Notes under the pieces: generated by a model | What the model was told of the DNA's origin: nothing | Databases searched by the model: none | What the model saw: the letters and a program-made list of their open reading frames with translations, nothing else | Shown here: piece after piece, positions 10,179 through 20,741 of the stretch | How positions within the stretch are numbered: the first letter of the stretch is position 1 | Layout of the letters: the number at the start of each line of letters is the position of its first letter | Made by a program: the position numbers and the translations under genes | DNA from: an uncultured Alphaproteobacteria bacterium | GTDB taxonomy: Bacteria > Pseudomonadota > Alphaproteobacteria > Rhizobiales > Beijerinckiaceae | Assembly: GCA_963820145.1 (NCBI GenBank) | Contig: CAWFZD010000024.1 | Coordinates: 36,216 to 100,215, forward strand | Length of the DNA stretch: 64,000 nucleotides | Reading direction: 5' to 3'

Positions 10179-11126
10179 ATGACCGCTGAACCTGAAATCC
10201 GCCGAACGCTGAGCGAATCGGCGGCGCGACAACTCGCCAATGCGACGAAGACGCGCCCGCAATGGTCGGGCATCACGCCGCGCTGGCTCGTGTCATTCTT
10301 GCCTTGGGTGCCGGTGGAAGCAGGCATCTACCGGCTGAACCGGGTCAAGGAATCCTCCGCGCTGACCGACGCGGACGTGCAATGCAGTCCGGCGCGCGAC
10401 CGCGACGCCGATCTGCCGGAAACCTTCGTCGACTACGAGGATGCGCCGCGCGAATATTCGATGAATGCGGTGACCACCGTTCTCGACGTGCAGACGCGCG
10501 TTTCCGATCTCTACAATCACCCCTATGACCAGATTCAGGAGCAAGTCCGACTCCTCACCGAAAAGGTGAAAGAGCGGCAGGAAGCCGAACTGATCAACAA
10601 CGCCGAATACGGCTTCCTCGCCAATGCGGCGCCTTCGATGAAGATCAAGACGCGCGGCGGCGCGCCGACGCCCGACGACCTCGACGAATTGATCGCAAAG
10701 GTGTGGAAAGAGCCGGCGTTCTTCCTCGCGCATCCGCGCGCCATTGCGGCCTTCGGTCGCGAATGCACGCGCCGCGGCGTGCCGCCGCCAACCGTGACGC
10801 TGTTCGGCTCGCCGTTTCTGACCTGGCGCGGCCTTCCGCTGGTGCCGAGCGACAAACTCTATATCGATGAGAGCGGCAAGACCAACATTCTGCTGCTGCG
10901 CACGGGCGAGAAGAAGCAGGGCGTCATCGGCCTGTTCCAGCCGGGCGTGCCGGGCGAGGTGGCGCCGAGTCTGTCTGTGCGCTTCATGGGCATCAACCGC
11001 AAGGCCATCGCCTCTTATCTCATCTCGCTTTATTGCTCCGCCGCCGTGCTCACCCATGACGCGCTCGGCGTGCTCGAGGAGGTCGATATCGGCAAGTATC
11101 ACAAATACGGCGACGCCTATGAGTGA
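10179..11126 (+). CDS. srpI: Family 2A encapsulin shell protein (SrpI / major membrane protein I type)
   Basis: AARQLANATKT.PQ..GITPRWLV..LPWVPVEAGIYRLNRV, RVSDLY..PYDQI.EQ.RL, GAPTPDDLDELI.KVWKEPAFFLAHPRAIAAFGRECTRRGVPP. Confidence 0.95.
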   Translation: MTAEPEIRRTLSESAARQLANATKTRPQWSGITPRWLVSFLPWVPVEAGIYRLNRVKESSALTDADVQCSPARDRDADLPETFVDYEDAPREYSMNAVTTVLDVQTRVSDLYNHPYDQIQEQVRLLTEKVKERQEAELINNAEYGFLANAAPSMKIKTRGGAPTPDDLDELIAKVWKEPAFFLAHPRAIAAFGRECTRRGVPPPTVTLFGSPFLTWRGLPLVPSDKLYIDESGKTNILLLRTGEKKQGVIGLFQPGVPGEVAPSLSVRFMGINRKAIASYLISLYCSAAVLTHDALGVLEEVDIGKYHKYGDAYE

Positions 11127-11197
11127 GACGACGCTGATTTAGGATTAATCGCCGGCGGCCTGTCCCGCCGGCGGCTCTTTCTCGAGGAAAAGCCAGC

Positions 11198-13409
11198 ATG
11201 TCATCCGCGCAGTTGATCCCGGCGCACGGGAATGGTCTTTCGACCGACGTTCCCTTGCAAGACGCGCTCGACCATCAGTCGTCCGCAGCGCCCGACCCGG
11301 AGATGATCGCGCGGCTCGCCAACGCGTTCTTCCTGCTGCAACCGCATCAGGCGCCGCCCGCGCCCACCGCTCCCGGGGCGCCTGTCGCCACGCCGGCGCC
11401 GCCGGAGCCGCCGGCGCCTTCGGTCGTGACGACCGCAGCGCCTCTTGCGCCGGCGCGCGCGCCGTTTGGCCCGCCCGACCTGCCGCCGACGACGATCCCG
11501 TCCGTCGTGCCGACGCCGAATGTCGCCATCCCGGCCGCGCCGACCCATGCGCAACCGGGTTCCCGGCCGCTTGGACTGCCGGACCCGCCGCAGCCCGGCG
11601 CTTCTCTTGGATCGGCGCAGCTCGGTTCTCCAAACGACATCGATTACAGCCTCATACCTCGCCTCTTCGGCGAGGCTCTCGCGCTGACGTCGACGACGCG
11701 GACGGAACCGCTCCCTCATGGCCTTGACTCGTCTGCCGCGCCCGCAGGAGTTTCGGCGCCGCAAGCGGACAATCTCTACTTTCTGCATGACCGCGCGTCG
11801 CTGAGCGCCCCGGGAACGTCGCCGGCCACTGAACGCGCAGGCTCAGAGGTTGTCGTGCGAGAAACACCGATTGCCGCGCGAGAAACTCCCGGCGCCTTCC
11901 CGGAAAATTTCGCGGTCTCCGCCCCGTCGGACTCCGATCCACACCGCATTTCGGACGTCGCCTCCTTTGCAAGCCCACCGACGCCGGCGCCGATCTTCGA
12001 AGGATATGAAAGCAGCGCGTCGCCGGGCGCCGCTGGGCCCGCCGGGCATGATGCGCTCTATTTCATAGGCCATTCGGGCGGACATGAAGGCGCCTTCGAT
12101 CCCGCGCCTGCGCAGGCGAAAGACCCCGTTCCGCAGGGCTATGAGCCGCGACTCGCGGGCGGCGCCGAGTCGGCGCGTCAGCCGTTCGATCCCTATCGCG
12201 TCAAGCGCGACTTCCCGATTCTGCAGCAGCAAGTGCATGGCAAGCCGCTGATCTGGCTCGATAACGCCGCGACGACGCAAAAGCCGCAGGCGGTGATCGA
12301 CCAACTTCGCGCATTTCTACGAATATGAGAATTCGAACATTCATCGCGCCGCACATGCGCTGGCAGCGCGCTCGACCGACGCCTATGAGGCGGCGCGCGA
12401 AAAAGTCCGCCGCTTTCTGAAGGCGCCTTCCGCGCAGGACATCATTTTCGTGCGCGGCGCGACTGAGGGCATCAATCTCGTCGCACAGGCCTGGGGCCGC
12501 CGTAATGTGCAGAAAGGCGACGAAATCGTCGTCTCCTGGCTGGAGCATCACGCAAACATCGTTCCTTGGCAGCAACTCTGCGCGCAGGCAGGCGCGAGAC
12601 TTTGCGTCGCGCCGGTCGATGATCGCGGCCAGATCATTCTCGAAGAGTACGAGAAGCTGCTCAGTCCCAAGACCCGCATCGTCGCGGTGACGCAGGTCTC
12701 GAACGCGCTCGGCACAGTGACGCCGGTGCGCGAGATCACGGCCATGGCGCATCGTCATGGAGCCTGCGTGCTGATCGATGGCGCGCAATCCGTCTCACAC
12801 ATGCCGGTCGACGTGCAATCGATCGACTGCGACTTCTTCGTCTTCTCCGGCCACAAGGTGTTCGGCCCGACCGGCATCGGCGTCGTCTACGGGAAGAAGG
12901 ACGTTCTCGAACACATGCCGCCATGGCAGGGCGGCGGCAATATGATCGCCGACGTCACTTTCGAGAAAACCGTCTATCAGGCGCCGCCGGAGCGTTTCGA
13001 GGCCGGCACCGGCAATATCGCCGATGCGGTGGGACTGGGCGCGGCGCTCGATTACGTCGAGAACATCGGCATGGAGGTCATCGCCCGCTACGAGCATGAT
13101 CTGCTCGTTTACGCGATGGAGAAAATGCGGCTCGTGCCCGGCCTCACATTTATCGGAACGGCCCCGGAGAAGGCCTCGGTGCTTTCCTTCGTGCTCCACG
13201 GTCACGACACGCAGGATGTCGGCAAGGCGCTTGATCGCGAGGGCATAGCGGTGCGCGCCGGCCATCACTGCGCCCAGCCGATTCTGCGCCGCTTCGGCCT
13301 TGAGGCGACGGTGCGGCCTTCGCTCGCGTTCTACAACACTTGCGCCGACGTCGACGCGCTCGTTGGGGCGCTGCTGAAATTGCAAAGCGGATACGGCGCA
13401 AAGAGCTGA
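11198..13409 (+). CDS. Encapsulin-cargo cysteine desulfurase (SufS-like) with ~330-aa disordered N-terminus; one frameshift ~12305
   Basis: IARLANAFF motif in a Pro/Ala-rich N-terminus; WLDNAATTQKP; shifted frame HFYEYENSNIHRAAH; SGHK (PLP Lys); RAGHHCAQP (catalytic Cys). Confidence 0.93.
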
Positions 13410-13471
13410 ATTGATAGGCTTATCAGCGGATATTGCGCTCCCGCCACGGTCAGGCGCCGAATGATAATTCG

Positions 13472-13547
13472 CTTAGTCTATAGTTTAAGTTGATTAATGT
13501 GCGGGGAACGGCTAATTTGGGACATCCTTCCAAGTTAGTAGGAAAAG
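13472..13547. promoter_or_regulatory. Two candidate dyads upstream of the first Rrf2 gene (possible autoregulation)
   Basis: CTTAGTCTAT-AGTTTAA-GTTGATTAAT (13472-13498) and GACATCCTTC-CAAGTTA-GTAGGAAAAG (13521-13547). Confidence 0.5.
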
Positions 13548-13551
13548 CCGC

Positions 13552-13999
13552 GTGCTGACCAAAAAGGGCAAATACGGCCTAAAGGCCATGGTGCATCTGG
13601 CGCAATTCCCGCCAGGACAGCCGGTTCCGGTCCTCGATGTGGCGAGCGCGCAGAGGATCCCTGAAAAAATTCCTCGACGCGATCCTGTGCGAATTGCGCA
13701 ACTCGGGCTTCGTCAACTCCAAGATGGGCAAGGGCGGCGGCTATACGCTGGCGCGCGACGCCGAAGACATCAGCGTCGGCGACATCATCCGGGCGATCGA
13801 CGGACCGCTGGCGCCGCTGCCCTGCGCAAGCAAGACGAGATATCAGCGCTGCGACGACTGCACGAACGAAGGCAATTGCCCGGTGAGACTCATCATGATC
13901 GATGCGCAACGCGCGCTCTCGAATGTGCTCGACAACTGCTCGCTGGCGCAGATGCGCCAAATGGGCGACACGAGCGTCAGGTCTTTCGTTTTACGATAA
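13552..13999 (+). CDS. Rrf2 family transcriptional regulator (frameshift ~13662)
   Basis: MLTKKGKYGLKAMVHLA...QRIP joined to KKFLDAILCELRNSGFVNSKMGKGGGYTLAR...PCASKTRYQRCDDC...C. Confidence 0.9.
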
Positions 14000-14011
14000 G
14001 CGAGTCCGTTG

Positions 14012-14389
14012 ATGGACATGAAATTGCAGGAGTTGGCGCCGAAGGCGGCGCAAGCGGAGCGGTTTTTGAAGGCGCTGGCGAGCAGTTCGCGACTCATGAT
14101 CCTGTGCGAACTCCATAAGGGCGAAACCTCGGTGACGCGGCTGCAACACGCGCTCGATCTCAGCCAATCATCGCTATCCCAGCATCTCGCGAGACTACGC
14201 GCAGACGCGTTGGTCAAAACGCGGCGCGAATCGCAGACGATCTATTATTCGCTCGCCGATGATAAGGTCTCGCGCGCGATGGCGCTGATTTACGAGCTGT
14301 TTTGCGGCGAGGCCAGCGTAGGCGCGCAGTCCGCTGCAACGCGTCGAGCTGTCTTAGCAAAACCAAAGCGCAAGAAGCGCGTCCCCTGA
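14012..14389 (+). CDS. ArsR/SmtB regulator with the SqrR/BigR-like two-Cys pattern
   Basis: FLKALA...RLMILCEL, LSQSSLSQHLARLR...LVKTRRESQTIYYSL, ELFC. Confidence 0.88.
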   Translation: MDMKLQELAPKAAQAERFLKALASSSRLMILCELHKGETSVTRLQHALDLSQSSLSQHLARLRADALVKTRRESQTIYYSLADDKVSRAMALIYELFCGEASVGAQSAATRRAVLAKPKRKKRVP

Positions 14390-14402
14390 TGGGCTCCGCT
14401 GC

Positions 14403-14885
14403 TCACTTCGGTTTTGGCCAATAGCCCTGCGGCGCGCCGGGACCGCCGACTTGCGTCGTCTCGACCGGGCCCTCGCCAATGATTTGCACGATGGCCTCCT
14501 CGTCGCCGGCGCCGTCCCAATGCACGCCGCCGGCCGGATGCAGCATATAGGAGCCGGCTTTCAGCGGAACCGCCTTGTTGAAATCGAGTTCCGGGCCGGT
14601 CCCCGTCCACCACACGCCCTTGATCACCGTGGCGTGGCGATCCTGCGAATGGAAATGCGGGCTGGAATGCGCGCCCGGCGGGAAACGGTTGCGGATCACA
14701 TATAGGCCGGGTTTGGAGGGATCGCCGAAGAGGATCGCCGTTTGTGGTCCGACGCCGAGCGGGCTTTTGAAGGGAACGGTTTCCGGCTCGATGCGCAGAA
14801 AAGCGCGATCCTCAGCCTTCGCGACGAGGCCGGCGCCAAGCGCGACCAAAAATGCGGCATGACGCAGTAAAGATCGGCGCTTCAC
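14403..14885 (-). CDS. Exported cupin-domain protein
   Basis: GTG start with GGAGA RBS; KRRSLL signal; GDPSKPGLYVIR, PHFHSQDR, HPAGGVHWDG. Confidence 0.82.
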   Translation of the reverse strand: MKRRSLLRHAAFLVALGAGLVAKAEDRAFLRIEPETVPFKSPLGVGPQTAILFGDPSKPGLYVIRNRFPPGAHSSPHFHSQDRHATVIKGVWWTGTGPELDFNKAVPLKAGSYMLHPAGGVHWDGAGDEEAIVQIIGEGPVETTQVGGPGAPQGYWPKPK

Positions 14886-15051
14886 ATTTGTCTCCCATTC
14901 GGTTCGAGGCGTCAGATCTGGCGAAGGCCCTCGCAAGTGAATTTATATCATATGGCGTTGGTATGTTTCAATGCGGCAGATCGCGAGGGCCCGCAGACAT
15001 ATGTGTCTCACTCTATGCGCTCAGTGACGATCCAGCCAAAAAATATTGGAT

Positions 15052-15118
15052 GTAATACGATCTAATGAGTAGACATAGCGCGGCTGACACATTAATCTGA
15101 CCAAACAAGTAGGATTAA
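15052..15118. promoter_or_regulatory. Two candidate dyads in the divergent promoter of the DUF1549/DUF1553 operon
   Basis: GTAATACGAT-CTAATGA-GTAGACATAG (15052-15078) and TTAATCTGAC-CAAACAA-GTAGGATTAA (15092-15118; 8/10 palindromic). Confidence 0.55.
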
Positions 15119-15171
15119 AGCGAGGCGCGCCGGCAGGCGGCTCCCTCGCAAAGCCGCTGGGGTTTCAAATC

Positions 15172-17531
15172 ATGAGAAGGTCGATCAAACTCAGCTTCGC
15201 CGCCTTGTTGCTGAGCGTGTCGTCTGCAGCGCTCGCTGTCGCCGCCGATGTCGCGGCGCCTGTCGTCGTTGCGCCGCCCTCGTCGCAGTCCGCGCCCGCA
15301 GAGCCGGCGAAGGCGCCGTCGAAGCCGCTCTGGTCCTGGCAACCGGTCCAGGCGCCCGTAACGCCGACGATCGCCAATAAGGATTGGGTGCGGCAGCCGC
15401 TCGACGCTTTCGTGTTGGCCAAGATCGAAGCCAAAGGCCTCACTCCGTCACCGGATGCGGATCGCTCGACATTCATCCGTCGCGCGACGCTCGATGTTTG
15501 GGGACTGATCCCGACGCCCGAAGAGGTCGCGGCCTTCGAGGCCGACGACTCGCCCGATGCATACGAGAAGCTCGTCGACCGCCTGCTGGCTTCGCCGCGC
15601 TACGGCGAGCGGCAGGCGCGGTTGTGGCTCGATCTCGCGCGCTACGCCGACAGCGCCGGCTTTCAAAACGACAATACGCGGCCAAATTTCTTCCGCTATC
15701 GCGACTATGTGATCAAGGCCTTCAACGACGACAAGCCCTACTCGCGTTTCATTCAAGAGCAGATCGCCGGCGACGAACTCGCGCCCGGCGACCAAAGCGT
15801 ATTGGTCGCCACGGGATTCCTCGCCGGCTACCCCGACAACAGCAATTCGCGCGATCTCGTTCAGCGCAAATATCAGATCACGACCGATATGGTCGACACA
15901 TTGGGCCAGGCGGTTCTCGGCACGACGGTCGGATGCGCCCGCTGCCACAATCACAAGACCGACAAGTTTTCGCAGAAGGACTATTATTCGCTGCAGGCCT
16001 TCTTCGCCAACACCGCATTTGACGAAAAGGCCCCCGCCATCAAAGGCGAGCAGGAGCTTGCCTATGAGAAGGCGCAGGCGGTTTACGACGCAGCGACGAA
16101 AGAGATCCGCGAAAAGCAGAAGGCGATTATCGACAGCGTGCGCGACGCGGCGCTCAAATATCACAAGGAACGCTATCTCACCGACAGCCGCGAGTCGATC
16201 TTCAAACCGAAAGAGCAGTGGAACGCGCTCGACCGCTGGGTGAACCATCGCCTGGAGGCCGTGACCGACGACCCGGCGCTCGGCGCGTTCTTGCGCTACG
16301 CCGCGGAAGACGCTTCCGCGCCGGAGCACAGCGAAGAGATCAAGCAGAAATGGGCGGAGTATCAAAAGCTCACGCAAGAGCTGCGCAAATTCGCGGCTAA
16401 GAAGCCGGCGCGCGGCTCGGAAACGTTCACGACCGCCACCGAACTTGGTCATTCCGATTCGCCGCCGACTCATATTTTCTTCGGCGGCAATCACGAGCGT
16501 CCGCTGGATGAAGTGCAGCCCGCCTTTCCCGAGGCGATGACGAGTGAAAAGCCTGACATCAAGCCGACGGCGACCTCTTCGGGCCGTCGCACCGCGCTCG
16601 CCAATTGGCTCGTCAGCCCGACCAATCCGCTGACGGCGCGAGTCTTCGTCAACCGCATCTGGAACCAATATTTCGGCAAGGGCGTCGTCGCGACGGTCAG
16701 CGACTTCGGCAAGGCCGGCGACAAGCCGACGAACCAGGAGCTGCTCGATTTTCTCGCCGACCGTTTCGTTGCGGACGGCTGGGACGTGAAGAAGCTGCAT
16801 CGACAGATTCTCCTCTCGAGCGCCTATCGCCAGTCGTCCAACTATCGAGAAGACGCGGCCAAGGCGGATCCCGAGAACAAGCTCATCGCGGTGTTTCCGC
16901 GCAAGCGCCTCGAAGCGGAAGAAATTCGCGATTTAATCCTTGCGGCGTCCGGCAAGCTTTACGAGCAGGTCGGCGGTCCGAGCGTGTTTCCGCCGCTTCC
17001 GCCCAATCTTACGGGCGGCGGCACGTTCAATCAGGATCCCGCCTGGACCACGTCGAAGGATCCGAAGGATTACGTGCGGCGCAGCCTCTACACTTTCACA
17101 CGCCGCAGTCTGCCCTATCCATTGCTCGAGACCTTCGATATGGCGAATCCGCAGCAAATTCACAGCAAGCGCGACGTGACGACAACGCCCTTGCAGGCGC
17201 TGACGCTCGTCAACAGCGACATCGTCTTCGAATGGTCGCAGGCGCTCGCGGGCCGCGTTTTCAACGAGGCCGGCGCCGATGAATCGGCGCAACTCGATCG
17301 GCTCTATGAGATCTTGTTCGCGCGCAAGCCAACTGAGGACGAAAGGCAGATCCTGGAGGCCTTCCTCGCCCAGCATCAAAAGACTTCGCCGAGAAGGCCG
17401 AGGACGGAAAGCTCTCGCTCGCCGTTCCAGTGGGCGCGAAGACGAAGCCCGCCGATCCGTTGCGCGCCTCGGCCTTCGTCGATCTCGTCCACACCGTCGT
17501 GAACTCCAACGAGTTCGTCTACCGCTTTTGA
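15172..17531 (+). CDS. DUF1549 + DUF1553 (PSCyt2/PSD1) planctomycete-type exported protein; frameshift ~17380
   Basis: PLDAFVLAK, FIRRATLD..GL.PT.EE, LLASPRYGER.AR.WLDLARYADS, CARCHNHK, GRRTALANWL...NPLTARVFVNRIW, TTTPLQAL; C-terminus ...NSNEFVYRF* in shifted frame. Confidence 0.9.
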
Positions 17532-17554
17532 GCGATCAGCAAAGGATCAAGACC

Positions 17555-19009
17555 ATGCTCATCAAGACATCGCGTCGCGAATGGCTGCGCGGGGCCGTTT
17601 ATGGCGCCGGCGGATATGCGCTCGGCGGATTGTTGCCGGACGGCGGCTGGTTCGGCGTTCCGGAAGCGAGCGCCGCCAACTTCATCGATCCGCTGGCGCC
17701 GAAGGAGCCGCATTTCGCCCCGAAAGTGAAGTCGGTCATCTGGCTGCATATGGACGGCGCGCCTTCGACGCTCGACCTCTATGACTATAAGCCGGAACTC
17801 ATTCGCCTGGCCGGCCAGGACGTGCCGGACTCTTTCCTCAAGGGCATCAAGACCAGCACGCAAGGCGGCGTCGGCAAGCTCTTCGCTTCAAAGCGCACGT
17901 GGAAGCAATATGGCGAGAGCGGGGCGTGGTTTTCGGATTGGATGCCGAACCTTGCGCAGCACGCCGACAAGCTGACCTTCATCAAATCGAGCGTTACGGT
18001 CGGCGCGACGCATGACATCTCGATCTTGAAGCTCAACACCGGCGACGTGAGCCCGGGCCGGCCCTCGCTCGGCGCCTGGGTCTCCTATGCGCTGGGTTCC
18101 GCCAATCCGGACCTGCCGCCCTATGTCGTGCTCTATGGCGGCAAGCGCGAGCCGCGCGCGGGTTCGGTGAATTGGAGTTCGGGCTTTCTGCCCGCAGTCT
18201 ATCAAGGCACTGCATTTCGTCCGGGCGAACAGCCGATCCTCTATCAGGCGCCGCCCGAACTCGTCGGCCTGAAGCAGCAGCGCGAAAATCTCGACCTGTT
18301 GAAAAAGCTCAACGACATCGGCGGCGCGGCGCATCCAGGCGACAGCGAGCTTGCGGCGCGCACGCGCTCATACGATCTTGCCTATCGCATGGAGGCGACA
18401 GCGCCGGAAGCCGTCGATCTCTCCAAGGAGACCGAGGCGACCAAGGCGCTTTACGGCCTCAACGACGAGGCGACCAAGGACATGGGAACGGTGCTGCTGC
18501 GCGCGCGCCGTCTCGTCGAACGCAAGGTGCGTTTCATCCACGTGGTCTCCGGTCCGGTCAACAGTCAGGGGCAGGGCGACGACGCGAGCTGGGACGCGCA
18601 TCGCGCGCTCGAACAAAACCACGGCGCGCACACCAAGGCGATCGACAAGCCGGTCGCCGGCCTGCTGGCCGATCTGGCCTCGCGCGGACTTCTCGATCAG
18701 ACGCTCGTCGTATGGACCTCGGAGTTCGGTCGCACCTCTTACGGCCAGAGCGGCGACGGACGCGATCATAACCCCTGGGGCTATACGCAATGGCTCGCCG
18801 GCGGCGGCTTGAAACACGGCTTCACCTATGGCCAGACCGACGAGATCGGCCTGAAGACTGTGGAGAACCCCGTCGACACTTACGACGTGCATGCGACCGT
18901 GCTGAAGCTTCTCGGCCTCGATCACCTCAAGACGATCTACAAGCGCGCCGGTCGCGCGGAGCGGCCGACGGTCGTCTACGGCAAGGTTGTCGAGGAAATT
19001 CTGACCTAG
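17555..19009 (+). CDS. DUF1501 family protein, Tat-exported
   Basis: SRREWL twin-arginine signal; PLAPKEPHFAPKVKSVIWLHMDGAPS.LDLYDYKP, RPSLGAWVSYALGS, WDAH, SEFGRT, GRDHNP. Confidence 0.92.
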   Translation: MLIKTSRREWLRGAVYGAGGYALGGLLPDGGWFGVPEASAANFIDPLAPKEPHFAPKVKSVIWLHMDGAPSTLDLYDYKPELIRLAGQDVPDSFLKGIKTSTQGGVGKLFASKRTWKQYGESGAWFSDWMPNLAQHADKLTFIKSSVTVGATHDISILKLNTGDVSPGRPSLGAWVSYALGSANPDLPPYVVLYGGKREPRAGSVNWSSGFLPAVYQGTAFRPGEQPILYQAPPELVGLKQQRENLDLLKKLNDIGGAAHPGDSELAARTRSYDLAYRMEATAPEAVDLSKETEATKALYGLNDEATKDMGTVLLRARRLVERKVRFIHVVSGPVNSQGQGDDASWDAHRALEQNHGAHTKAIDKPVAGLLADLASRGLLDQTLVVWTSEFGRTSYGQSGDGRDHNPWGYTQWLAGGGLKHGFTYGQTDEIGLKTVENPVDTYDVHATVLKLLGLDHLKTIYKRAGRAERPTVVYGKVVEEILT

Positions 19010-19021
19010 GGCAGGCGACGC

Positions 19022-19363
19022 ATGAAGAAGCGCTTTCGCGCTTACGCGATGCTGGCGGCGCTCGCAGCCTGCATCGCATCGCTCGGCGCGAATGCCGAAA
19101 CGATGGCGCGGATCACGATCGAGAATTTCGCTTTTGATCCGCCGGCGCTCACGGTGAGAGTTGGGGATCGAATCGTCTTCCTCAATCGCGATCAGGTTCC
19201 GCATGCGGTCGTAGGCACGCGCTCGGGTTCGGAAATCTTCCGCTTGGGTGAGCAGCTCGACACGGACGAGACCTATTCCATCGTGGCGGACGCGCCGGGC
19301 GAGATCGCGCTCGGCTGCGGACTGCATGCCAGAATGATGGGAAAAATCACCGTGACGCCGTAA
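19022..19363 (+). CDS. Periplasmic cupredoxin (amicyanin/plastocyanin-like)
   Basis: Signal peptide; IENFAFDPPALTVRVGD, PH, CGLHARM type-1 Cu ligands. Confidence 0.85.
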   Translation: MKKRFRAYAMLAALAACIASLGANAETMARITIENFAFDPPALTVRVGDRIVFLNRDQVPHAVVGTRSGSEIFRLGEQLDTDETYSIVADAPGEIALGCGLHARMMGKITVTP

Positions 19364-19405
19364 GCGGCGCGCGCGTCGAGGACGCAGAAGGGATCGGGAA
19401 GGAAG

Positions 19406-19810
19406 ATGCGGGGTCGATGGCTAGCCTTTGTTTTGGCGCTGGAATTCATAGTGGGCGTCGCCCTCGCGGCGCCGGCGTTGGATTTTCGCGATTACGACAA
19501 TGATCTGATGCGCGATCTCGACAGGACCATCAAATATTTCGAGCCGGACATCGCGGGCGGCAACGCTGACGCTGCGAAAGAGGATCTCGATCAGCTCGCC
19601 GAGGGCTTTCGCTACACGCAAGATTATTTCTCCAAGAAGACCGGCGCCGACGACGCCGTGGAAATTTCGCGCAAAGGCGCCAAACTCGTCGCCGACGTGC
19701 GCGATCTGATCGAAAAGTCCGACTTCGACGCAGCCGCCGCCGCAGCGCGCGAAACGCCCGGCGTCTGCAAATCCTGCCACGATATCTACAAGCCGCGCCT
19801 TGCGCGCTAG
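19406..19810 (+). CDS. Periplasmic monoheme c-type cytochrome (class II-like, C-terminal CxxCH)
   Basis: Signal peptide; helical sequence; CKSCH near C-terminus. Confidence 0.75.
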   Translation: MRGRWLAFVLALEFIVGVALAAPALDFRDYDNDLMRDLDRTIKYFEPDIAGGNADAAKEDLDQLAEGFRYTQDYFSKKTGADDAVEISRKGAKLVADVRDLIEKSDFDAAAAAARETPGVCKSCHDIYKPRLAR

Positions 19811-19822
19811 GAGACCAAAAAT

Positions 19823-20713
19823 ATGACTCGCAAGACCGCTGCGGACTTCCATCCCGAGGTCCTGAAACTCTTCGATCTCTTCGTGCATGGCCTGCTCGAC
19901 CGGCGCGGCTTTCTCGACGGTGCGAAAAGATTCGCCGTAGGCGGCGTCGGCGCCGGAGCGCTGCTCGAAGCGCTGTCGCCGCGCTTCGCCGAGGCCGAGC
20001 AGGTGTCGAAGGACGATCCACGCATCAAGAGCCGCACCATCGAGGCGCCCTCGCCCGACGGCAATGGAACCGTGAAGGGCTATTTCGTCGAACCGGCCAA
20101 TCACTCGGGCAAACTGCCGACAATTCTCGTCATCCACGAAAACCGCGGACTCAATCCGCATATCGAAGATATTGCGCGCCGTCTCGCGTTGGCGAACTAC
20201 AACGCCTTCGCGCCCGACGCGCTCAGCTCCCTTGGCGGCTATCCCGGCGACGAGGACAAGGCGCGCGAGGCCTTTAAAAAACTCGACCAGACCAAGGCCC
20301 GCAATGATTTCATCGCCGCTCTGGGCTTCCTGAAAAAAAATCCGAGCGGCAATGGCAAGGTCGGCGCGGTCGGCTTCTGCTATGGCGGCGGGATCGTCAA
20401 TTTCCTTGCGACGAGGTCGCCCGATCTCGACGCGGGCGTTCCCTTCTACGGCGCTGCGCCGCCGCTGGAGGATGTCGCCAAGATCAAAGCGCCGCTGCTG
20501 TTGAACTTCGCCGGCAATGACGACCGCATCAACGCGACCTGGCCGCCCTATGAGGCGGCGTTGAAGGCCGCCAAGGTCGATTATCAGGCCTTCGTCTATC
20601 CTGGCGTGCAGCACGGTTTCAACAACGACACGACGCCGCGCTACGACGAAGCGGCGGCCAAGCTCGCCTGGAGTCGCACGCTCGACTTCTTCAACGCCCA
20701 CCTGCGCGGCTGA
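19823..20713 (+). CDS. Dienelactone hydrolase family protein, YghX-type
   Basis: DRRGFL, IHENRGLNPHIEDIARR, GFCYGG nucleophile, HGFNNDTTPRYD. Confidence 0.92.
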   Translation: MTRKTAADFHPEVLKLFDLFVHGLLDRRGFLDGAKRFAVGGVGAGALLEALSPRFAEAEQVSKDDPRIKSRTIEAPSPDGNGTVKGYFVEPANHSGKLPTILVIHENRGLNPHIEDIARRLALANYNAFAPDALSSLGGYPGDEDKAREAFKKLDQTKARNDFIAALGFLKKNPSGNGKVGAVGFCYGGGIVNFLATRSPDLDAGVPFYGAAPPLEDVAKIKAPLLLNFAGNDDRINATWPPYEAALKAAKVDYQAFVYPGVQHGFNNDTTPRYDEAAAKLAWSRTLDFFNAHLRG

Positions 20714-20741
20714 CCCCGCGCTTTACATCGAGAGCACAAAC

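Noticed and set aside
10179-11126. Prophage major capsid protein
   Set aside because: Motifs match family 2A encapsulin, the cargo desulfurase follows, and no terminase, portal or tail genes are present
12290-13680. Programmed frameshifting in the desulfurase or Rrf2 genes
   Set aside because: No convincing slippery site plus structure; similar single indels occur in about ten unrelated genes, pointing to sequencing error
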